A DNA stretch of 64,000 bases from an uncultured Chlorobiota bacterium (GTDB lineage: Bacteria; Bacteroidota; Ignavibacteria; UBA10030; UBA6906). Both the position numbers and the translations under genes were made by a program. How positions within the stretch are numbered: the first letter of the stretch is position 1; every line of letters begins with the position of its first letter. The notes under the pieces are model-generated. The model was not told the DNA's origin and did no database searches. It was given only the letters and a program-made list of their open reading frames with translations. Location of the stretch: NCBI GenBank assembly GCA_900696645.1, contig CAADGV010000024.1:64912-128911 (forward strand), given 5' to 3'. This document shows positions 46,660 through 55,284 of this stretch, piece after piece.

Positions 46660-48798
46660 ATGAGACTTTCTGACAAAATGAAAACCATCAACACGGTCTT
46701 TGCGGTTCACAATCATCAACCCATCGGCAATTTTGAGAAGGTGTTTGAGGAAGCATATCAACATTCCTACAAACCATTCCTTGATGTTCTTTCAGGGCAT
46801 CCAGCAATCAAGATCACGCAGCATTGGACCGGAACGCTGCTTGAATGGCTTGTTGCGAAGCATCCCGAGTTGGTTGAGAAGATGAGGGAAATGGTGAAGC
46901 GCGGGCAGTTGGAACTGCTGACCGGCTCGTACTATGAGGCGATTCTTGCCATCATTCCCGAATCTGACCGGATCGGGCAGATCAATAAACTCTCGGACTA
47001 TATCCATAAAATCTTCGATTACGAACCGCGGGGAATGTGGCTCGCCGAACGGGTCTGGGAACAGCAGCTTGTTGCTTCGTTAGCGAAAGCCGGCGTTGAG
47101 TTTGTGACTGTTGACGATACCCATTTCCGTCACGTTGGGTTGCATGATGAGGAATTGCTCGGCTACTACATCACGGAAGAGCAAGGGCAAACGCTACGTG
47201 TTCTGCCGATCGACAAAATGTTGCGCTACACGGTTCCATTTCGACCGCTCGAAGAGACATTACATTATCTCCAAAACGTCTCGTTCGAGAACGGCATGCG
47301 AGTCGTCATCAACGCCGATGATGGAGAGAAGTTCGGCGTGTGGCCCAAAACCTATGACACAGTGTACACGAACGGCTGGCTTGAATCTTTCTGCAAGATG
47401 GTTGAAGAGAATGCGTGGATCAGAATGCTGCATCTTTCCGACGTTGTCGACACATTTCCGCCGCAAGGAAGAATTTATCTTCCAACGGCTTCATACCCCG
47501 AGATGTTGAAATGGGCGCTGAACCCCACGGCATTTCTTCAGCTCGAAAATTTTGAAAGGGAGCTGAAGGAACGTCATCACGACGAAGAACATATGATGTT
47601 CGTTCGGGGAGGATATTGGAGAAATTTTCTGGCAAAATACCCCGAATCGAATCACATGCACAAGAAAATGCTGCGCATTGCTAAACGTGCCGAGAGATTG
47701 TCCGGCAAACAGCTATTGCCGCAGGATGTTCTCGACAATATCTGGGCCGGACAGTGCAATGATCCGTACTGGCACGGCGTATTCGGCGGATTGTACTTGC
47801 CGAACCTGCGGTTTCCCGTGTACCGGAGTCTGCTTCAAGCAGAAAGCAAACTCGATGCAATAGAGAAACTCCCTCCGATCAGAGTGGAAGAATCAGACTT
47901 TGATTGTGACGGAATGAATGAAATTCTGCTCGAATCAGATATTATGAATTTGTATTTCAAGCCTGAAGTTGGAGGGAGTCTCGTCGAATTCGATTACAAA
48001 CCTGCCGCATTCAATCTTCTCGATATTCTCAGCAGAAGGGAGGAAGGCTATCACCGCCGCCTGATGGCGCAGGGCGGCAAGTTAGAAGACGCGGCGAATA
48101 TCCATGACAGTGTGCTGGTAAAGGAGTTAGGACTCGAGAATCATCTGCACTTCGACTGGTACCGTCATGCTTCGCTGATTGATCATTTTTTCGGCCCAGA
48201 TACGACACTCGAGCAATATGCACAATGCAAGTATCTTGAGTTGGGGGATTTCGTCAACCAACCGTACACGCACAAAGTTTCTGTTGGAAAAGACGGAGTC
48301 AAGATAACGATGAGACGAGACGGGGCGTTGTGGTTTGGCGAGAAACCTCACCGCATAACTGTCCAGAAAGTTGTGACGGTTAAGAAAGGAGATTCGGGAT
48401 TCACAGTTGATTATACGATATCGAACCGCGAGCAGAATGCTGTTGATATCTGGTTCGGGGCAGAGTTTTGCGTCGGCATGATGGCGGGCGATGCACATGA
48501 TCGCTACTACGAAATCGAAAAGCGGCCACTTGAGGATAAGCGGCTTCGGAGTACCGGCGTGGAAGAGAATGTCAAACGCTTCGGGCTGGTTGATGAATGG
48601 CTCGGCATAGAGACGACATTTGTGCTAAAGCAACCTGCCGCCTTGTGGCGTCATCCAATTGAGACAGTCTCACTCTCCGAAGCCGGATTCGAGCGGATCT
48701 ACCAATGCTCGGTTGTCACGCCAACGTGGAAGACGACGCTGTTGAAGGAAGTAAAATATCAGGTCGTCCAGAAAGTGAGGTTGTTGAGTCCCGCATGA
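46660..48798 (+). CDS. glycoside hydrolase family 57 enzyme (alpha-amylase / 4-alpha-glucanotransferase type)
   Basis: N-terminal FAVHNHQP GH57 signature, conserved acidic residues in the (beta/alpha)7 barrel, 712 aa. Confidence 0.7.
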   Translation: MRLSDKMKTINTVFAVHNHQPIGNFEKVFEEAYQHSYKPFLDVLSGHPAIKITQHWTGTLLEWLVAKHPELVEKMREMVKRGQLELLTGSYYEAILAIIPESDRIGQINKLSDYIHKIFDYEPRGMWLAERVWEQQLVASLAKAGVEFVTVDDTHFRHVGLHDEELLGYYITEEQGQTLRVLPIDKMLRYTVPFRPLEETLHYLQNVSFENGMRVVINADDGEKFGVWPKTYDTVYTNGWLESFCKMVEENAWIRMLHLSDVVDTFPPQGRIYLPTASYPEMLKWALNPTAFLQLENFERELKERHHDEEHMMFVRGGYWRNFLAKYPESNHMHKKMLRIAKRAERLSGKQLLPQDVLDNIWAGQCNDPYWHGVFGGLYLPNLRFPVYRSLLQAESKLDAIEKLPPIRVEESDFDCDGMNEILLESDIMNLYFKPEVGGSLVEFDYKPAAFNLLDILSRREEGYHRRLMAQGGKLEDAANIHDSVLVKELGLENHLHFDWYRHASLIDHFFGPDTTLEQYAQCKYLELGDFVNQPYTHKVSVGKDGVKITMRRDGALWFGEKPHRITVQKVVTVKKGDSGFTVDYTISNREQNAVDIWFGAEFCVGMMAGDAHDRYYEIEKRPLEDKRLRSTGVEENVKRFGLVDEWLGIETTFVLKQPAALWRHPIETVSLSEAGFERIYQCSVVTPTWKTTLLKEVKYQVVQKVRLLSPA

Positions 48799-49445
48799 AT
48801 GCATTTTCCGGCGAGCAAAGACGGCCGCAACTCCACAACCGGGCTTTTGCCCTTGCCATCTTCACAATCATTTACAATATCATTGAGGGGCTAATCTCAA
48901 CGTATCTGGGATACGAGGATGAAACGCTGGTGTTGTTCGGCTTCGGACTGGACAGTTACATTGAGGCGATTTCGGGGCTGGGAATTGCACACATGGTACT
49001 GCGCATCAGGCAGAATCAGAATGTTGTGCGCGACGACTTTGAGCGGACAGCGTTGCGCATTACCGGCTCGGCATTCTACGGCCTTACGATTGTTTTGGCA
49101 GCGATGGCAATCAACAACATTGTTATCGGGCACGTGCCGGCGACAACATTCTGGGGTGTTGTAATTTCGTGCATTTCCATTCTTGTGATGATTGGATTGA
49201 TGCGGGCGAAAAACACTGTGGGTCGTGAACTCGGATCGGATGCAATAATGGCCGACGCACGGTGCACGATGATCTGCATCTACATGTCCATTGTGTTGCT
49301 CGCAGCCAGCGCGATCTACGAGCTGACCCATATTGCGTATGTTGATGCTCTCGGCACGGCGGGTCTTGCGTACTTTTCCTTTACCGAGGGGAAAGAATGT
49401 TTCGAGAAGGCGAAATCGGATGCGCTGTGCGGATGCGAGCACTGA
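48795..49445 (+). CDS. cation-diffusion-facilitator-like membrane protein lacking the cytoplasmic domain
   Basis: five or six TM helices, CDF-like motif GSDAIMADARCT, C-terminal CGCEH; start at ATG 48795 overlapping the GH57 stop. Confidence 0.45.
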   Translation: MNAFSGEQRRPQLHNRAFALAIFTIIYNIIEGLISTYLGYEDETLVLFGFGLDSYIEAISGLGIAHMVLRIRQNQNVVRDDFERTALRITGSAFYGLTIVLAAMAINNIVIGHVPATTFWGVVISCISILVMIGLMRAKNTVGRELGSDAIMADARCTMICIYMSIVLLAASAIYELTHIAYVDALGTAGLAYFSFTEGKECFEKAKSDALCGCEH

Positions 49446-49530
49446 AACTTCTTGTTCGGCTCAATCTTGACCGGGTTTTGTTTGTTTGGCTTTTTCGCGA
49501 TATTTAATGCAGTTAGACGACTGAGGATAT

Positions 49531-49743
49531 ATGGACTCTCCCAAAATACAAGATAGATTTGACAGGTTGCCAGAATCTGCCAAGAAACAAGTATTGGAAT
49601 TGATCGATTCCTTGGCGGTAGCTGCTGTGGAACGGACAAACCGTAACGGCGGCTTCTCGTTCTCATGGGAGGGCGGCCTTGCTGACTTGAAAACGAAATA
49701 CACTTCAGTTGAGCTTCAGCATAAAATCAACGACTTCAGGTGA
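49531..49743 (+). CDS. DUF2281-like antitoxin candidate
   Basis: 70 aa, LPESAKKQVLELIDSLAV helix typical of small antitoxins; 4-nt overlap with the PIN-like ORF. Confidence 0.4.
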   Translation: MDSPKIQDRFDRLPESAKKQVLELIDSLAVAAVERTNRNGGFSFSWEGGLADLKTKYTSVELQHKINDFR

Positions 49744-49988
49744 TGTTTCTCGTTGATACGAACGTCTTTCTTGAAATTCTGCTTGCGCAGGACGGGAAAG
49801 AGAAATGCAAAGCCTTCCTAAAGGATCATAGCGATAGTATTCACATCTCTGACCTCTCGCTGCACTCCATTGGAATAATACTCTTTCGTGAGAAACAGGC
49901 GGCAGTATTTCACCGCTTCATCCTGATTGTTACTCTTGATGCCGATTTTAGGAGAGTCGAAAGCACAGGAGCAATGCTGTTCCTCTGA
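49740..49988 (+). CDS. PIN-domain (VapC-like) protein, internally shortened (82 aa)
   Basis: canonical PIN N-terminus MMFLVDTNVFLE and C-terminal ..LIVTLDADFRRVE, but ~45 aa of the central region with the other catalytic acidic residues are missing. Confidence 0.45.
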   Translation: MMFLVDTNVFLEILLAQDGKEKCKAFLKDHSDSIHISDLSLHSIGIILFREKQAAVFHRFILIVTLDADFRRVESTGAMLFL

Positions 49989-50074
49989 ATCTTGACGAAG
50001 GGCCTTCTCTGTACACTCAACCTCATATCAGCGTCATAATTCCCGCCCTCAACGAGGAAAAGCTTCTCGAAGGG

Positions 50075-50746
50075 ATGTTGAAACAGTTCACGCCTGACAT
50101 CATCCGGCAATACAACATTGAACTTGTTGTCAGCGATGGCGGCAGCACCGACCGCACGCTGGACATTGCCCGGAACTATGCTCACGTGATTGTTGAGAAT
50201 ACCGCGAACGTGAAACAAACTATTTCGCTCGGCAGGAACGAAGGCGCCAAACATGCCTCCGGCGAGATATTTGTGTTCCTGAATGCCGATACGCTTGTCA
50301 AGGATGTTCCGTATTTCTTTCGCCGCATCAACGAAGAGATTCAAGCGGAACGCCTTGCTGCAATTACATGCAGCGTTGAGATTTATCCGCATGAGAGAAG
50401 GACGATCGACAAGTATTATCACGGCTTCTACAACCGGTTTTTCTATATGATGAATGTTGTGGGAATGGGCATGGGCCGGGGCGAGTGTCATATCATGAAA
50501 CGTGAGGTGTTTGAGCAGGTGAACGGCTATGCAGCCAAAATTGCGGCCGGCGAGGATTATGATATGTTTCGTCGTCTAGAGAAGATCGGTCGTATTAAGT
50601 TCCTGAAAGATGTAGTTGTATATGAATCTCCCCGCCGCTACCGCAAGTACGGCTATGCATACGTTACGGCATCCTGGTTCATGAACTTCCTTGCTGTGCA
50701 ATTCCTTCGCCGATCCATTCTTGACGAGTGGAAACCGGTGCGGTAA
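50075..50746 (+). CDS. family 2 glycosyltransferase; conserved N-terminus upstream of the first ATG
   Basis: GT2 motifs (ELVVSDGGSTDRT, FVFLNADT); the conserved ISVIIPALNEEK block lies in-frame upstream (from ~50027) with no ATG/GTG/TTG before it. Confidence 0.65.
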   Translation: MLKQFTPDIIRQYNIELVVSDGGSTDRTLDIARNYAHVIVENTANVKQTISLGRNEGAKHASGEIFVFLNADTLVKDVPYFFRRINEEIQAERLAAITCSVEIYPHERRTIDKYYHGFYNRFFYMMNVVGMGMGRGECHIMKREVFEQVNGYAAKIAAGEDYDMFRRLEKIGRIKFLKDVVVYESPRRYRKYGYAYVTASWFMNFLAVQFLRRSILDEWKPVR

Positions 50747-50834
50747 GCGGCAGCATTGCAACTGAGCCGCGCATTCGCTATTCTTCTTGCAACATCCCCT
50801 CACTGTACGCTTTCAGTTCTTTCCTCAATCATCT

Positions 50835-52598
50835 ATGTCAACGAACAACACAGCCGAGCTTGCCGCGCAAATAGTCTTGAAAGCATTTGAAGCCTTTGAT
50901 GCCGCATTCCGCTCCATCACGCGCCGGGCAAAGCGCCGGTTCGAACAGCGCGACTGGCAGGGAGGGAGGCATGATTCAATCGAGCGGCTTGATTCGTACG
51001 AGCGTTCGCTCGATCAAGTCGTCAGGAAGCTTGATACTTCAATCGGGTCGCCGGCGCGTGAAGCGTCGTTGTGGATTGCTGCCAAGCCCAAGTTTGCTGC
51101 GCTTCTGGCACTGCGCCACGACATCGGCCGCGGAGAAACGTACTTTAATTCTGTAACGAGAAGGATGCTGCGAACAGTCGGACTGAACCGTGATGTCGAA
51201 TTCTTCTACCTCCATCCGAAACCGCACGCGCCGTACGCCGAGGAGTCGGTGTACAGAAGGTACACGAAATCTGATGACACCGAAGTGTTGGTGAAAAGCA
51301 TCCTTGATGATTGTTCCTTCAGTGTTGCATTCGAGAATCTTGATCGTGACGCTGGCTTGGTCGCGCAGGAAATCGACCTGCATCTCTGGCCGGTTATCGG
51401 CGTCGAGAACTCCGGCACAATCGATGTCGTGAAAGCAATCTTCTATCGGAACAAGGAAGCGTACATCGTCGGGAGGATTAGCGCTGCCGACAAATCCTTC
51501 CCGCTTATCATTCCACTTGTCAACGGCGGGTCGGGAATTTATGTTGACACGGTTCTTTTGGAGAGCGCGGAGGCCGGTATCGTTTTCAGCTTTGCCTATT
51601 CCTATTTCTTTGTCGATATCGAACGATATGATGCGCTGATTCAATTTCTTCGTTCGATAGTACCGCAATCGCAAACGTCGGAATTGTACATCTCGCTCGG
51701 CTACAATCATCACGGCAAAACGGGATTCTATCGTGATCTTCACAGATACGTTCACGTCTCGAAAGAACAATTCGTGATTGCGCCCGGCTTGGAAGGAGCG
51801 GTCATGAATGTGTTCACGCTGCCGAATTACGGCTTCGTGTTCAAAGTCATTAAAGATCGTCCCTGCTTTCTTCGATCGAACAATCAAACCTCTAAGGTCA
51901 TCACACAGGAAAGAGTCCGCTACCAGTACGGATTTGTTTCACACCGCGACCCGGCAGGAAGAATGGTAAATACTCAGGAATTTGAGAATCTGCGCTTCAG
52001 AAAGAAGCGTTTCGCAAGCCAGGTGTTGGATGAATTTCAACAGGCGGTGACAAGAAACGTGACGATTCTTGAAGACTATGTCATCATCAAGCATGTTTAT
52101 GTGCAAAGAAAGGTAGTCCCTTTGCCTCTGTATTTTCGCAACGAAAGAAATCCTGAAGCTATTCGTCATGTGTTGATTGATTTCGGGTACTTTCTGAAGG
52201 ATCTGGCTGCGAGCGGTGTTTTCCCCAGCGATTTGTTCAACACGTGGAACTACGGCGTTACGCAATGGGGGCGTGTTGTTCTGTACGATTACGACGATGT
52301 GTTGCCCATCGAACGCATCAGGTTTCGCGAGAAGCCGCAGCCCCGGGACGAATTGCAGGAAACCGAGCCTGAGGAAAACTGGATTCTTGCAACCGAAGAT
52401 GATTTTTTCATGGATGAGATCGAGCGCTACTCCGGCATTCCACATCCGCTCAGAGGTGTGTTCAAGTCGGTTCACGGCGACCTCTACAAACTCACATTCT
52501 GGAAGAATCTGACCGAGAATCTTCGCAAGGGCGTGATCTTTGACGTCATTCCATACGATAGAGTCAAGCGCTTCCGGGAGCATGAGAGAATTATCTAA
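50835..52598 (+). CDS. aceK: isocitrate dehydrogenase kinase/phosphatase homologue
   Basis: multiple blocks matching E. coli AceK (FEQRDWQGG, AIFYRNKEAYIVGR, VFKVIKDRP, GRMVNTQEFENL, HVYVQRKVVPL, WGRVVLYDYDD); start set at ATG 50835. Confidence 0.8.
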   Translation: MSTNNTAELAAQIVLKAFEAFDAAFRSITRRAKRRFEQRDWQGGRHDSIERLDSYERSLDQVVRKLDTSIGSPAREASLWIAAKPKFAALLALRHDIGRGETYFNSVTRRMLRTVGLNRDVEFFYLHPKPHAPYAEESVYRRYTKSDDTEVLVKSILDDCSFSVAFENLDRDAGLVAQEIDLHLWPVIGVENSGTIDVVKAIFYRNKEAYIVGRISAADKSFPLIIPLVNGGSGIYVDTVLLESAEAGIVFSFAYSYFFVDIERYDALIQFLRSIVPQSQTSELYISLGYNHHGKTGFYRDLHRYVHVSKEQFVIAPGLEGAVMNVFTLPNYGFVFKVIKDRPCFLRSNNQTSKVITQERVRYQYGFVSHRDPAGRMVNTQEFENLRFRKKRFASQVLDEFQQAVTRNVTILEDYVIIKHVYVQRKVVPLPLYFRNERNPEAIRHVLIDFGYFLKDLAASGVFPSDLFNTWNYGVTQWGRVVLYDYDDVLPIERIRFREKPQPRDELQETEPEENWILATEDDFFMDEIERYSGIPHPLRGVFKSVHGDLYKLTFWKNLTENLRKGVIFDVIPYDRVKRFREHERII

Positions 52599-52662
52599 CA
52601 GTCATGTGTTATTCCTTGTCCAGGGTCAAGGATACAATCTCTACTCGAAGGAGGGCATAGAC

Positions 52663-55099
52663 ATGGTTCGGAACGTTCTTTTTACTGTATCGTTGGTTCT
52701 CTTCTTCTCGCCGCTTTCTTCCCAAGTCAGGGGGGATACTACGCTCACCTCATTTACCCGTTTTCCTCATCAGGATTCCACACGATCGGTTTCGGAAGCG
52801 TTTCCTGTTGTTCTTCCAGATCAATCCATTCTTCTCTTCTGGGCGGATTCGACGGGAATTCGATCTTCCAAAAGTTCTGACAGGGGACAGTCATGGAATA
52901 CTCCCGTTCTTCTCGCCACGCCGGCCCGATTTGCAGTTGCGTTAACCGGCATCAGGACTTTTGCGGGGCGTTTCCTTGTATTCTGGAGAGACAGTCTCGG
53001 CATTCGCCTCACCCAATCTGATGACGCGCTGAACTGGTCTGTGCCCGTTTCTCTTGGCACAAGTTTCGGGGGGCTCAGTGTTTCTCAAACGCTTGATGGG
53101 AAAATCTGGTTGTTTGTCATTCGCATTACGAGCACAGATAATGGGTTCAGTTGGTCGCCTCCTGATACGGTAATAATCAAAGGAGGGCGACCGAGAATCG
53201 CCAGAACGTCAAACGGCACGATGGTAATGGTCTACGAAAAGCAACGGACAGATTCCATCCCTCTCTACTACAGTGCACTCGACATCTGCTACTCGACAAG
53301 CACTGATGGTGGATTTGGTTGGAGTTCTCCGGTGCAGGCCACCCGATTTGTTGGAAACGACATGTCACACAATGTGGCGATGTTGAACGACAAACCGTTG
53401 TTTACGTTTGCATCAGATCGGGGAAGAACCGGGCCCGCGTGGGAGACCATTCAAAAGCAAATCTGGTACGGGATAATCGGCGAGTCTTTGGACGAAAGTC
53501 CTCCTCCGATTCTCCTTTCAGCTTCTTCATATCACACCTTGAGTGGATTGGAGAATTGGATTCAGGCGCTTGTCGATGATGAAGCAGGCATAGCCTCGGT
53601 ACTATGCACATACTCTATTGACGGAGTCCCGCAGCCGCCCGTATACTTGCACGACGACGGAAGGAACTTCGATGTTAGTCCGGGAGACAATATCTGGGGT
53701 AGTCCCATTCCTCCGCTTTCCGTCGGCACCATTGAAGCCCGTTTCACCATTACTGATGTTGAAGGCATCAGGTTAAATAATGCGCTCGGTTTCACAACAG
53801 CAGTCACGGAACCATCGGCCTCGGCTCATGTAACCCAAGGAACCTCGATGAAAGTCGTGCTTGATGGAAGAGGCGTTTTTGGAAGGGCGGTATTTCCGAA
53901 CAACTATGCCGGAATCGGATTGCGCTATCTGGTGAACTCGACGATCGAGCATCTGTACGGCGCGGGAATCTGGATTGGCGGGATGATTGACACGACGTCC
54001 GGAGGAACCGGCCAGAAAATCAAGAGAGTTTCAACAGCCTACGAGGTTGGACCGGTCCGCTCTTCGAATTTTACCCCGGCACCAATCCTGCGGATTCTGT
54101 TTGGCGAGTGTTTGGCAGGAATGCGCCGAAGCCCGCCGGCTGGGATGCTTACTGGGGAAATTCTCTTCCATTTCGTGTCGTCGCGGACGAGAACTTTTTC
54201 TGCCAGTATAACGACTACACGCAGACTGTGTCAAGTCATGTGCCGATGGGGGTAAAAGTGATTCAACGTTCACTTATGTGGAATGACCCTGCGGCGGAAG
54301 GGATACAACTCCTTCAATTCCGTGTCATGAACACCACCACACGCACAATCGACAGCGCGTATCTTGGTTTTTTCATGGATGCCGATATCGGGCCAATCGA
54401 AGCGCCGGCTTCGATTGCATTCAACCGATCAGGATTTGTTGCTCTCAATACCGGATATACCGAAAACCCTGTCAGTTTCGGTGCAACTCCGGTCGGGGTT
54501 GCAGTACTGAATACGTATAAGCCGCTGGACTCGCTAAGATTCACCTTTGCATGGTATTCCGGGGCTGTGAGTCCGGCAACCGATAGTGAACGATATGCGC
54601 TTATGAGTCTGGATACTGTTTTTGTAAATCAGCTTCAGTTATTCGATACGCGGTTTCTTCTTTCATTCGGGCCGTTGACACTTCAACCCTACACCTCGTC
54701 AAATCCGGATACGCTTGATGTCGCCTTTGCGATTCTTGCGGCGATGGATTTGAATCAACTCAAGAGTCGTGCAGCGACTGCCCGGAATATCTACCAAACA
54801 ATTACGGGTGTCAAACTGCTGGATGATTTCGCCCCTCGGGAATTTGCTTTGGAGCAGAACTTCCCCAATCCATTCAATCCAACAACAGCCATCAGATTTC
54901 ACATTGCACAACCTTCTCATGCTGTGGTGGAGGTGTTCGATTTGCTCGGCAGACACGTGCAACCCTTGTGAATGAAGAGCGAACGGCGGGTTCGTATGAA
55001 ACGACACTCAATGCAAGCTTACTATCGAGCGGTATTTACATTTACAGACTCAAGGCAGGCAACTATGTGAGCACAAAGAAGGCCCTACTTCTGAAATAA
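52663..55099 (+). pseudogene. BNR/sialidase-repeat secreted protein with T9SS C-terminal domain, split by two frameshifts
   Basis: signal peptide, several S-x-D-x-G-x-S/W-W BNR repeats; reading continues in a second frame from ~54108 and a third from ~54968, the last giving the remainder of a T9SS CTD (FPNPFNPTTAIRF...VNEERTAGSYETTLNASLLSSGIYIYRLKAGNYV). Confidence 0.55.
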
Positions 55100-55130
55100 T
55101 CTCTTGTCTAACTAGCGGGTTCATTCACCG

Positions 55131-55168
55131 AAAGCCCCACAATCTTGCGAGAAGTGGGGCTTTTCATT
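55131..55168 (+). terminator. rho-independent terminator after the BNR/T9SS gene
   Basis: stem aaagccccac/gtggggcttt with 13-nt loop followed by ttcatt. Confidence 0.55.
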
Positions 55169-55284
55169 GACTTTGTAGGCATATTTGAATATACTCGCTT
55201 GAGAACTCAAGCTTCGATTTGAATGTTAGAAGAAGTGTGGGCGAACAACATTCTTCAGTTTTTAGTACTCTTTTGGGGATTCTT

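Noticed and set aside
51039-51887. 282-aa minus-strand ORF opposite aceK
   Set aside because: Antisense shadow ORF; aceK in the plus frame is alignable to E. coli AceK throughout.
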